A stretch of 44,357 bases of DNA, filler included, from Jimgerdemannia flammicorona (taxonomy: Eukaryota): the NCBI GenBank assembly GCA_003990765.1. It is 2 parts of 2 records of this genome, joined end to end, with 100 filler letters (N's around TTAATTAATTAA, not from the genome) between each part and the next. Parts side by side here need not be neighbours in the genome. Positions count along the whole stretch, not along the records: positions 1 to 22,131 come from RBNJ01001330.1; 1 more part is not named here. One strand, 5' to 3'. Of this stretch, positions 1-12,059 are shown piece after piece. The translations under genes were made by a program, and so were the position numbers. Position 1 is the first letter of the stretch. Each line of letters begins with the position of its first letter. Under the pieces are notes generated by a model. That model did not search any database. It had not been told where the DNA came from and saw nothing but the letters and a program-made list of their open reading frames with translations.

Positions 1-478
1 AAAAAAATGAGACACGGATTCCTGTAACAATGCTTCTCTCATAGACGCTCCAACGCGATGCACCAACTCTCATATCTTCAGGAGGTAAGATCACAGCACT
101 AACCTGAAGGTTATCCTTATCCCCCCGAGACTCGAATTTAGGGCCAAGGCTTTTGATGGATGATATGAGGTCAATATTCGAAGTAAGATGAGTAGTGAAT
201 TAAGCGAACAGGTGTTATTAAAGCGAAAGGACACCAAATGACCGTAGTTCAATATTCGTCTTATACGTATGTATCAGCTCATGCGGACTCCTATTACACG
301 ACATCCCGGAGGTTTGGTATCAAATACCTGTTATCAATTTTAGTCATTTGATTCAAAACGCAAATAACTATCTGTACACAAAGCCTTTTTACGTTGCATT
401 TGAAAACATTCCAAGCCGAGACAAAAGCACATCAAACTCAACTACCTATCTAACAAGTCACACCACCCCCGCGCGAAG

Positions 479-1969
479 CTAAATCTTTGCCCTTCCACCC
501 GACGCATCCTGCAACGACCTCTCAACCCTCTCCTGTCCTGTAGGATACAGATCATTGCGTCCCCAAAACGGGCACAACGGCCCGAGCCCTCCAGCCATGG
601 CTTGGTTAAAATACGGCACCTGCGAGTTGAGCCACCCGTGGACGATGTGCGAGGACATCAATTGGGATTGGGCCTGGAGTACATCCGTCTTTGCCGTTTT
701 CCCGCTGCGCTTCCTCCTTAACTCATTGCTTTCTGTGGTCGGCTGTTTGAAGACTTGACTATTTCTGAAGTTTGCAGCTCTTAGAATACTCTTCTTCTTC
801 GTCAACAGCACGGTGACGACGCGTGGCGAGTTCGCGAGGGAGGTGATGGTAGACTCACCACGTTGCCGTACGGTGGCCAGGGGTTTGGAAAGCCACGGGG
901 GAGGGGGGGGGATCGGGGGCAGGGGTTTGGGATCCAGGGGTGGCAATGTAAACGGGTGCATGCGTTCAACATTTTCCACGAGGACAGTACCTTCCATCAA
1001 CACCTCCTCACAGTCGGTTATACTCTGCATATCATCCTCGTTCCGGTCGGTCTCAAACTCCAAACCTCCCATCACCATCTGCACGAGATAATCCCAACAG
1101 GAGAAGTATCCCCATGTGCTGATGCCGTCATCGGCGATGATGGTCATGGGAAAGGCTGGGATCTGGCCGTAGACGTGCTGGTACATGTCATGCAAAAGGT
1201 CCGGGTCGCGTAGCTCGTGCGAGCAGAGAAGGCGCAGGCGGGTCACAAGTATGCGGAAGCGCGGTGTCCTCGTGTAGAGAGGAGGAGGAGCGCGCGAAGT
1301 GAGAGTCAGGAAGGTGAATGGGGTGGAGGAGACGCTATTGGTGAGGTGGACGAGGGAGAGAAGTGGGGGCTTTGGCGAGGTGGAAGTGAGGAGAGCGTGG
1401 TAGATCTTGGGGTGCTGGGGAAGGTAGACGTGGTTGAATGAGCAAGTGAGTCAAAACTTTTGTAAATATATATTATGTATAATAGTCCATCCCACCACAA
1501 TGCCAATATTCGTCGACACCTACCAACCCATTCTCATATTCCTCCCCGCCGAACTCCCCCAACGCCCGGCGGTATTTATGGAAGTACCATTCTTTCAGGC
1601 ACGAAATGTGCGTCGTCAAAGGCGCCGGCCACCTTGTGGGCGGTCTCTGGGTCGTGTAGATTGTCCCAGCAGTTAGCGGCCCGTGCGGTCGCTGCGTTGC
1701 GGTGAGTTTGTTGTACTGTTTCCGTTGGCATTAAGCCTCGGTCGGTCGGTGGGTTGGTCGGTTGTTTATCTTTTTGCCACGCGTCTGAAGGTTTTAATAA
1801 TAATAATGCTGACGTAATGAAGATTGTTCTCAGTGACATTGTGTATCTCTTGCTTGAAGGCTAATATATATTTTTTGAAAGGAAATGTGATGCGATTGTT
1901 TTTTGAAGGGCATGTTGGCGCGATGTGTTTGGCGTTTGGTGGTCCTAGCGCAGGTAATTTAGGTGACAT
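479..1969 (-). CDS. Hypothetical protein, 3 exons (1969-1814, 1691-1524, 1414-479), ~419 aa, with a Pro-rich segment
   Basis: ORF 479-1246 stays open upstream to ~1450. Donors GTCAGC (1813) and GTAGGT (1523) and CAG acceptors (1694-1692, 1417-1415) join three phase-0 exons with no stops: MSPKLP...NLHY|RPHGPL...ENGL|HPKIYH...GRAKI*. TATA-like TATTTAAATA lies ~30 bp upstream. CpG is retained. No domain recognised. Confidence 0.65.
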
Positions 1970-2613
1970 AATTATTCAATGTGTCATGGACGAGAGCCTA
2001 TTTAAATAAATTCTCCCGGAAATTACTTCTTACTCTGATAAATAGTCTTCATTATATAGAAAAAAAATCCCTAAAAATCATACTCATATATCTTTTAACT
2101 AGTACAAAATAAAAATATTACTATTATACTTTTTTAAAATATAATATACATTTATATAATTATATCTTCTTCAGCAGAATGAAAATTCTCAGCCCAATTA
2201 TTGACACATATAGGCATAGCAGTCCCTGGAGACGTGTGATATATTGATGTCATGAAACCTTGACATGACTGTGAAACCTCGATATGACTGTAAAACCTTG
2301 TGGCTGACGTACAGTTTTTCTCGTTGATAACTTTTTCAACAACAATTTACAAAACTTAACAGATGAGCATTCCAATCAACCAATTTAGCTTCCCAGCTAA
2401 TATTTGAAACCACATCTATGAAATCCAAATCTTTCTTATTAAATCACTATTGAAAGAAGTATGAATTACAGTCAATGAAGGAATATTTTATATAGTATCA
2501 CTCTTTCACTAACTTTAGCTAAGAATGAGAATACTTCTGATGATGATGAGCATATTTGGATGAAGTAGAAAGCCAAGACAAGTACTATATGAAATACCAG
2601 AATATAATGAGTG

Positions 2614-2850
2614 AAGAAAGCTATTACTGTTACTATCTCTATTACTGCTAAACAGAATATTAAAGAGAATATCAAATAAGCTTAGAAGAAAGCTACTACT
2701 ACTGCTATCTCTATTACTACTAAACAGAAAGATGAAGAGAATGTCAAATAAGCTTAAAAGAAAGCTACCACTACCACCACCACTACTGCCATCTCTGCTA
2801 CTACTAAATAGAAAGCTGAAGAAGATATTAAATAAGCTTGAAAAAAAGCT
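2614..2850 (-). repeat. Tandem repeat of 72/72/84-bp units, probably once coding a Gly/Phe/Pro-rich low-complexity repeat
   Basis: Units start at 2614, 2686 and 2758 (aagaaagctactact...aaataagctta). Lengths are multiples of 3. The minus frame is stop-free (SLFDILFIFLFSSNRDSSSSSFLL). Confidence 0.7.
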
Positions 2851-3990
2851 AAAAATAATAAAAAATATAATAAATTAGTATAGCTTTATAAAAAGTCCAA
2901 GAAGTAATTCCAGCCCAATATTCACAACCTATTATTAGAATATATAAAGATTTATATCTCCAGACTATCAATATTACTCCTGAAAATATTCTTAAAAACT
3001 ACTATATTTTTAGAAAAGTTTTATACTGAAACAAATATAAACAAAAAGAAGAAATAGATTTAGAATAAGAATAAGCCATTATAAAACTAATCAAATCAAC
3101 ACTATACATTCTTGACAATTCAGAGAATAAATCAAAAGATAAATTAGAAATAAATAAGAGTATTTAGGAGATATAAAAATATATAATATTACTATTTAGC
3201 TGATCCTAAATTAAGTATAAAATATAAAAAATAACTAAATTCAATTTAATTAATATTATAAAAGATTGTATTTCAATATGCTATATATATTTGTAAATAA
3301 TAATAATCTCACTATATCTATTATATATATATACTATAAATATTATAAACAATATATAATTATAATAAAAATATATAAATAAATTATTACTTATAATAAT
3401 GGATAATTTGGTAAGTTCTAATATATTATAGAAATTCAGTAAGATTAAGGTTATATTCTACTTCAAAGACTCAGCTAGAGTATATATCTTCTTATTACTA
3501 ATATAGTATCCTAAGAAATGATAGAAGGGAATAAGTAAATATATATATATTGTAAGCTTGATTTTATTATATAACTGTATCTATTGCTTTATATAGTTCT
3601 AACATATTTTCATATTTACTTCATAAGCTTGATTCTATTATACAGCTATACTTATTACTTTATACAGTTCAGTTCTGATATATTAAAGAATCAGAGAGAT
3701 CAAGGTTATATTTTACTTCAAAGACTTAGCTAGAGTATATGTTTTCTTATTACTAATAGTACTGTTATTGACTGAGAAATAAATAGAAGGAAATAAGTGA
3801 ATATATATATATATATTATAAGCTTGATTCTATTATACAGTCATATGTATCTATTACTTTATATAGTTCTAACATACCTTTATATTTACTTTAAAGACTT
3901 AGCTAAAGTATATACCCTCTTATATATAACTGATACTATTCTCTGAGAAATAAATAGGAGAGAATGAGTAAATATATATATTATGAGTTT

Positions 3991-3994
<4 letters not shown>

Positions 3995-4036
<42 letters not shown>

Positions 4037-4044
4037 TTTTTTTT

Positions 4045-4091
<47 letters not shown>

Positions 4092-5685
4092 GACTCATAG
4101 TTCTGCAGATTTTTATTAAAAGGGAACCTAGACTATATAGGCCAAAACCCTCCCCTACTACTCACTGAACAATATCCCCCTATTAACCTAGGCTACTAAA
4201 TTGTCCAGCAGTTCCACCACTCCAGCTATACCTATCAAATATTGGCTACATTGACCCCTATGATATAAATCAGACTTATCTACTCACCAGGGCTGAATCA
4301 TCATTTACATGTGAGAGCACACCTATACATCAAATCTAGCAGTACTGGGACTGAATAAAGAATAGCTCCCTGAACCTCAAAAAAAAGCCTGAGGCAAAGA
4401 AAAAACCCCCTAATCAACCAATAGAGAGCAAAGCAGATTCAAAGCAGGTGAGTAAAGAACTTATGTACAGAACTTTCCACAAAGGACTTACACATGGGTT
4501 AGAGCCAAAAAAGACCCCACTCTCACTCCTTGAGCATGTGAGCCTTGATCACATTACCATGTTAGCTCTCAGTTCCAGTTGGATACTACCAAATGAGGAA
4601 GGCCCCACTTCTCAAGTCTGCAGGCCTAGATTGCATTACTATGTCAGCTCCTGGTTCCAGTTGAGTATAGTCAGGATGCTGGCCCCTATACCACCCCACT
4701 CTCTACCAGCCAATCAAAAGGCCCCACTGAAATATTGTCCACTCCAGCCCCAATGACTACCCCCAGCCTGGCATCCCACTGGTTTACTATTATTATCTAT
4801 TCTCCTATCTGTGACAGCCATCTCCCCTCCCATCCTAACTAGTGCTCCCAAATAAGTTGAATTAATTCAAATTGAATTGAATTGAGAGTTAAATGAGTCA
4901 AATCAAATTGGGGATTTTTCAATTTAAATCAAATCGAATTGAGGGTCTAATTTGAACCCTAATTTTCAAAATGCAATAACTCAGCGTAAACTCATCCAAA
5001 TCTAACATACTTTAGCTTGTTAGAATCACATTAATATGGTGAATCTAATAAGCTAAAATATGTTAAATTTGAATAAGTTTTCATCGAGTTATTATATTTT
5101 GAAAATTAAGGTTTGAATTAAACTTCAAATCGAATTGGACCTTTGATTCGATTCAAATCAAATCGAATTGGACCCTTGATTCAATCGAATTGAATTAAGT
5201 TTGAACCAAATTTGATTTGATTTGATTTATTGAGAGTACTAATCCTGACAATATCCAAAAAGCAGTCACTTATACAGAACCGTACTTGCTGGAAAGCTTG
5301 CCAAAGCCAGAGGGCTCCACTATAGGCATTGAGGATCTGCAGATAACCTACACTGAGCACTTGATGCCTAAGGTCAGCTGACTCTCTATATAGCCTGAGA
5401 TATACTGAGACAACACTATATTAGTGATGGTAAAAGGAAAAAGGTACCGTACTAAAACAGATATACTCCAGATGTAGCCAAAGATACCAGAAACTGTGAA
5501 AAAGTAGAGAAGACATTGATCTGACACCAATAAAGGAGCAACTCATCACCATTATCTCTCTCCCACTACTCTGCAATAGGTACAGCAAACCAACCCAAGA
5601 TAGAGAGGGTAATAATTGTGGAAAGTAGACTTGGAAGATTGTCTATCAAACCATTGTGACTGGTAAGGTAGTAGAGAAAGGAGTA
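3995..5685 (-). mobile_element. 5'-truncated non-LTR retrotransposon (LINE) 3' fragment with poly(A) tail
   Basis: ~95-nt poly(T) on + (3993-4087). AATAAA lies on - about 25 nt before the tail. Flanking ~19-bp duplication atatattatgagtttaatt (3976-3994) / atgtattataagtttaatt (5686-5704). Body is GC-richer and CpG-depleted. Confidence 0.7.
4840..5241. mobile_element. hAT-type MITE (fold-back), nested in the LINE fragment
   Basis: TIRs TAGTGCTCCCAAATAA / TTATTGAGAGTACTA. 8-bp TSD atcctaac (4832-4839) / atcctgac (5242-5249). Central palindrome at ~4961-5108 and subterminal AATCGAATT repeats. Confidence 0.85.
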
Positions 5686-6036
5686 ATGTATTATAAGTTT
5701 AATTTTATTATATAATTACACTTATTGCTTCACATAGTTCAGTTCTGATATATATCAGAGAGTCAGAGAGATCAAGATCATATTTTGCTTCAAAGATTTG
5801 ACTAAAGTATATATTCTCTTATTACTAATACTATTGACTAAGAAATAAATAAGAGAGGATAAGTAAACATATATATATCATGAGCTTGATTCTATTGAAC
5901 AGCTATATCAATTGTTTTATACATCTTTATATTTGCTTTAAAGACTTGGCTAGAGTATATGCCTCCTTATAGTTAATACTATTTCCTGAGAAATGAATAA
6001 GAGAGAATGAGTAAACACATATATACTATGAGCTTA

Positions 6037-6438
6037 TATAATGGTTCTAGTTTCTAAATAAGGAAGTGACTAATTCTGGTAGTCCTAAGTAACTCAAAGA
6101 GATACTAAGGATTCAAGTATTCTTGAAGAATTTTTGAGAGAAAATATTCTGAGGCTTTATTCATGAGAACAAAGGGGATATTTATACAAGATCTGAAAGA
6201 AGGATCCAGAAGAATCTGAGAATCGAAGGAAAATGCCAAGAGGAAAGTTCTTGGTAAAGATGACAAATGATGACAAATAAAGTTTTACAAGTTTCCAGGA
6301 TATTCAGTGACTAACTAAATAAGTACTAGTTAATGCTTGGTACCAAGAAAGGATTTCTAAGTATTCAGAAAGTACCAAAAGGTTGTAGAATATTGAAGAA
6401 AAATAAGAAAAAGGAATAAACTATGCTAAAATGTTACA
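6037..6438 (-). repeat. 3' LTR of element A (402 bp)
   Basis: Aligns end to end with 11656-12059. + strand termini are TA(from TG)...CA. Adjacent to the PPT. Confidence 0.95.
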
Positions 6439-6751
6439 TCTCCCCCTCCTTAAGAATCAACATCCTCGTTGAATTCTCAAAGTTACACATAATAAACAAT
6501 AAGACTAAAAGAAACTTCAAATTAAATATACTGACTCATTGGCAAGGATTGGCCATCCTTGTATAAGGTGAGGACCAAAGTATCATCTTGATCGGATGAG
6601 AACTGGTTCAAACCTCATTGGTTGCAGAATTTATAGGGTTCTCCTGTATCTCTTGCTTCTGATGCTATATCCCTTAGAGAGCCCCAATGTGTAATGTACC
6701 TGATCAGTACAGTAGATCATCTACTATCCAAGGGGAGAACCTCACAGGCAG

Positions 6752-9700
6752 TCAATGAGTTCCTTTTTGCTCGAACTCTTGGATGAGATCTTGAGAGTTC
6801 TTGAGATTGGCAGCAGGTTCTCAGGTGGCATCATATTCAGGGTAACCCATCCACTTGACTAGGTATTCTGTGTGATGGTATCAGACTCGCTTGTCTAAAA
6901 TTTTCTTGACTTCATACTTGATGTGGTCTTCAACTATGACTGGTGCTGATGGTGCCAGAATTCGGCCAGGATATAGGGGTGACTGGTTCCAGACCTTGAG
7001 TTGTGACATATAGAATACTGAGTATATATGCATGGTTATTGGCAAGTTGAGATGGTAAGACCAGGTAGAGACTTGCTCAGTGATCTCGAAGGGTCCAAGA
7101 TACTTGGGCTGGAATTTGGCTAACTAGCGGTTGACTTGAGATTGAGCCTTGATGTCGGCTTTGAGTAAAACCATATTACTAATATTGTATATGATATCTC
7201 ACTGCTTCTTATCTGTATACTTAGCTTGATGTTTCTGAGCCTTTTGCAGATTTGTAGTGGTGATCTTGAGAAGGGAATCCATTTTGTCGATAAGGTTCTG
7301 GGCTGTGGGGACTTGAGTGTGACTGGATTGCTGGAATTGGACTAGACTTATAGGGGTCTCAGGGTTTTGACCGTGAAGTAGCTGAAATGGGAAAAGACCA
7401 GTTGATGATTGGTTGGTATTATTGTAGGTGAACTCAGCATAGGTCAGATAGTGGTCCCAATTATCTTGCTCATAAGATACATAGTTTCTGAGCATTTGTT
7501 CAAGTGTTCTATTCATTTGCTCTGTCTGTCCATCAGTTTGAGGATGGAAGGCAGTGGACATAGCAATTTGGGTTCCAAGGGTCTTGAAGAGTGCTTGCCA
7601 GAAGTGACTTGTGAACTTGGGGTCATGGTTACTAATGATTACTCAGAGAAGTCCATAATGGTGGAAGACTGTTTTGAAGAAGATTCTTGCAATTTTTGGG
7701 GTAGTAGTATTGGTTGTGGTTGGCTCGGCGATTGTAATCTTGGTGAGATGGTCTACAAACACAACAATAGCATTATAGCCTATTTTGGTTTATGAGAGTT
7801 ACATAATGAAGTCCATTGTGACTTGTTCAAACTTCTTGGTCAGGATTGACAAGAGTTGTAGAAGACCAGTGGGTACTTAGTTGCTTGATTTGTTTCTTTG
7901 GTAAAGATCATAGCTTTGGACATACTCCTTGATTTCCTTGAGCATATTTGACCAGTAGTAGTCTCATTGGATATTCTTGATGGTTTTCTCAGTTCCAAGG
8001 TGGCCAGCTAGTGGGGAGTCATGATGTTTATAAAGATCTTGTACCATAGTTCAGGGTTGGCAGAAATATATACTTTGTCTTGATAGTACATGAGGTTGTC
8101 CTTAATGGTGTACTTTTCCTTGAATTTCTTAGTATTCTTTTGTAGAACCAGAGAGTCTTGTTCATATGCCTTCTTGATCTGGTTGAGGAATTCAGATGCT
8201 ACAGTAACTTGTAAAATTGTGGCAAGATCAGGTCTCCTTAAAAGTACATCTGGTATAACTAGAGTTTTGCCAGGCTTATAGATGATGTTTGGAGTAAAGG
8301 TCTGCAGTAGTTGACTCCACTTGGCTTATTGGCGAGAAAGGGTTGGTTGAGTATTGATATACTGAAGGGACCTGTGATCAGTGATTACATCAAACTCAAC
8401 TCCTTCTAGATAGTGTCACCAGGTCTTGAGGGCATACATGATTTCCAAGAGTTCCTTTTCATGAGTGGCCAGCTTTTGTTCCACTGGAGACAATTTTCTT
8501 GACTCAAAGGCAATAGGTTGGTGTCCTTGATCATCATCTTGAGAAATGACTGCACTAATGACAAAGTTAGATGCATCTGTAGTAACCATGAACTTCAAGT
8601 TTGGGTCCATGTTTCTAAGGACAGGTGCATGGGTCAGGTAGTTCTTGAGTTCTTGAAAAGCTTGTTGACAGAAGGCATTCCAGATGTAGGGGACATAGAG
8701 GTCAGAGTTGGGTTCCTTTTATAGGAGATTTGTCAAAGATTCTGCAATACCAGAGAAGTTCTTGACAAATCAATGGTAGTATCCAGCCAGACCAAGGAAG
8801 GACCTGAGTTCAGTAAGGTTTGCTAGTATAGGCCACTGTTCAATGGCTTGTATTTTTCTTGGGTCTACTTGAATTTCTTTGGCTGATATAATATATCCAA
8901 GATATTCAACTTGATCCTTGAAAAATTCACATTTCTTGAGCTTTGCATAGAGCTTGTTCTCACAGAGAATCTTGAGGACTTGTTCAATGTGCTTGAGATG
9001 TTCTTCTTCAGTACTGCTGAAGATCAGGATATCATCAATATATACAAGTACAAAGATATAGAGCTGATCCTTGAAGACAGTTTGCATGAGGTCTTGAAAG
9101 GTTGCTGGTACATTGGTGAGACCAAAGGTCATGACTAGAAATTTGTAGAGTCCAAAGAGTGTCATAAAGGCAGTCTTGGGTATGTCTTCTGGCTTGATTT
9201 GAATTTGGTGATATCCAGAGATAAGATCAATCTTGGTGAAGTACTTTGCATTCTTGAGAGCATCAAAGATTTGATCTATGAGTAGTAGTGGATAGTGGTT
9301 CTTGACTGTGATCTTGTTGAATGTATGGTAGTCTATGTACATTTGCAGAGTATCATCCTTTTTCTTGACAAATAGGACTGGGGAGCCAAAGGGTAACTTG
9401 CTTGGTTGAATGGCTCCTCACTCAATAAGTTCATTGAGTTTCTTCTTGACTGCTTCAATTTCGAGTAGAGACATGTGGTACATTTTCTTCTTAGGTATAG
9501 CTGCATCAGGTACCAACTTGATTTCATAGTCATAGTCTCTTGAAGGTGGTAGACTAGGTAGTTTGTCTGGGAAGACATCCTTGTACTTGTTCAGTAGTAA
9601 CTTGATGCTTTCACTAATTGATAGCTTCTTGTCTTTTTTCTTTGGTCAGATCAGTGCCACAAAGGCATAGGTAGCTTTCTTGAGGGCCTTCTTGAACTGA

Positions 9701-11600
9701 ATTGCTGAGAGGGTAGCAATTGGGGTTCTTGTCTGAGTCTTGTCTGGCTTGATGGTAATGTTGGCTCCATCCTAGATCAAGGTGACTTCATTCTTGGTCC
9801 AATTAATCTGAGGGTTGTGCCATGTAAGCCAGGGTTTGCCTAGGATCAGGTCATGGTCTCCTAGTGGTGCTACCTTGAAATCTAAACATTCCCAGTACTT
9901 CTGGATCTTGAGGGAAAGTTTAGTAGTAATTGAGTTGATTGGTAAGGTAGTGCCATCTGCAGTGACAACTCCACCATTCTTGCTAGCTAGTTTGGTAAGA
10001 ATCTTGAGCTTATCGATGAGGTTCTTGTTGATGAAGTTCCCAACAGCTCCACTGTCTATGAGAACATCTAGTTCTTGTCCCTTGACTAGACCTTTGAAAA
10101 TGAGCATTGAATTGGCTCAGTTCTCAGCTATGCTTGCAACTTTATCAGTACTGCCAAAGCCTTTCTGATCTCACTTGGTTGAAGACAGCTTGGTGACTTC
10201 TTTGACAACTGGTAGGGTGGCTCACTTCAGAATGAGCTGTGCAATTCTATCTCCTTCATTGATGGTATATGGCTGGTTCTTGTGGTTGACTAGCAGGACT
10301 TACATTTCACCTTGGAAGTTAGGGTCTATGACTCCAGCACCAACATCCAATGAGTGCTTGAAGCTGAGGCCAGGTCTTGGTGCAATTCTTGCATAATGTT
10401 CCTTGGGGATTTCTACTGAAAGGCTAGTTGGAATGAGCCTTCTCTCATGTGCTAGAATAGTGACTTATTGTACTGCTTGAAGATTCAAACCAATGGCTCC
10501 TTCTGACTATACTTGAGGGATCTGGGCCTTAGGATTGACTTGCATGAAATTGAGTACAACTTCTTGTTCAACTGATTGACCTTGGGTGTCTTTGGACAGG
10601 ACCAGAATCCTCTTTAGTTTGGCAGTTTTCTTGGGACATTTGGTTGCAATGTGACCAGGCTGATAGCAAAAGAAGCAGGCTCCAGCCTTCTTGAGGCACT
10701 CCTTTTCCTTGGGTGTAAGCTTGCCTTTCTTGTTCTTGTCAATAGTGTCTAGGTCCATGGGAGCAGGTCCAACAGTTCTGACTTTGGGTTCCTCTCTTCT
10801 GTGGTTGTTGTTGTTATTGAAAGGTAGTCTCTTCCATTCAAAGCAGTGACCATAGGTGATGATATCAAATCTATCAGCAATTTTCATTGCTGTATCTAAG
10901 TCCTTGGATTCTTCTAGTTCAACATGAACTCAGGTTTGACCTTTCAGGCCTCAGATGTACTTGTCAACCTTCTTGTCTTCAGTGATATGTGGTAATTCTA
11001 GCAGGATTGACAGGAATTATACATTGTATGCTTACACAGACTTGAGTTGTTTGACATTTGCCAGATGGTCTCATGCAGCCTTAGTGCTGTTGACTGGTTT
11101 GAATTGACCTTGAATAGCATCAGAGAATTCACCCCAGGTCTTGATTCAGCCAGAGAATCTGGTATTTTGGATATAATTTTGCCACCAGATTGCAGCATTC
11201 CCTCAGAGGAGTGTGGCAGCAAATTAGACTAGTGTTGTTTCTTCCAAATTGGTCAGTTCTCCATATTGCTCCAATTGGAAAAGCCAGGCATCAGTAGACA
11301 GTCCTCCTCTTTGACTATCAAAGGTATCGGGCTTCTGAGGCTTGATAGTGACTACTGTTGGATATATTAAGATACAGAGGTATGAGCAGAGGCCTTGCTT
11401 TCCTTTCTTTCTATGTATTCTTGAAGTTGAGCAATCTGAGCTAATGCTATTTGCAAAAGACTCTTGATGGCCCCATTTGACTAAGTAGGGTTTTGCTGTT
11501 CCTCTTCTTCTTGCTGATTGTACTGATTGTATGAGGTATTGCCTGGACCATAGGTACTATATGAAGGGTTCCACCCATTGTCCTCTATAGTGTTGTGACT
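6752..11600 (-). pseudogene. Gag-dUTPase-protease-RT-RNase H-integrase-chromodomain polyprotein of element A (many stops; start approximate)
   Basis: Zinc knuckle CFFCYQPGHIATKC, protease LIDSGA, RT FGLTN...YIDD, RNase H TDAS, integrase HPQTDGQTE and YLGPF, chromodomain YEVKKIL...EYLVKWMGYPEYDAT. The Gag, PR, RT and RH ORF fragments share one frame. Confidence 0.92.
10148..10555 (-). pseudogene. dUTPase domain of element A
   Basis: All five trimeric dUTPase motifs are recognisable: AIGLNL, RIAPRPGL, GAGVIDPNFQGE, GDRIAQL, DQKGFGST. Confidence 0.92.
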
Positions 11601-11655
11601 GATATCTTGAGAGGTGTCTTAATAAGGCTAGATATAACTACCCACTGCTACTAAG

Positions 11656-12059
11656 TGTAATGGTCCTAGTTTCTAAATAAGGAAGTGACTAATTCTGATA
11701 GTTCTAAGTAGCTTAAAGAGATACTAAGAATTCAAGTATTCTTAAAGGATTTCTGAGAGAAAATATTCTGAGACTTTATTTATAAAAACAAAGGAGATAT
11801 TTATACAAGATCTGAAAGAAGGATCTGAAAAGATCCAAGAAATCAAAGGAAAAATGCCAAGAGGAAAGTTCTTGGCAAAGATGACAAATAATGACAAATA
11901 AAGTTCTACAAGTTTCCAGGATATTTAGTGACTAACTAAATAAGTACTAGTTAATGCTCGGTACTAAGAAAGGATTTCTAAGTATTCAGAAAGTACCAGA
12001 AGGTTGTAGAATATTGAAGAAAGACAAGAAAAAGGAATAAACTACACTAAAATGTTACA
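11656..12059 (-). repeat. 5' LTR of element A (404 bp)
   Basis: TGTAA...TTACA termini, TATAAATA on the minus strand, followed by a PBS-like sequence. Confidence 0.95.

Larger units (their letters stand above)
6037..12059 (-). mobile_element. Full-length Ty3/Gypsy chromovirus LTR retrotransposon (element A) with dUTPase, degenerate
   Basis: LTRs at 6037-6438 and 11656-12059. TSD gctta/gcttg. PPT AGGAGGGGGAGA at 6450-6439. PBS-like TAGTAGCAGTGGG follows the 5' LTR (resembles a tRNA-iMet PBS). Internal gag, dUTPase, PR, RT, RH, IN and chromodomain. Confidence 0.95.

Noticed and set aside
2252..2300. 19-bp tandem repeat, about 2.5 copies
   Set aside because: Too short to assign a function.
3983..4168. 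Poly-Phe and poly-Lys ORFs here and at 40024-40397 and 44096-44281
   Set aside because: Translations of poly(A) tails.
3430..6030. Repeat/spacer-like pattern suggesting CRISPR or satellite DNA
   Set aside because: Eukaryotic context; units are explained as LRR exon-intron duplications.
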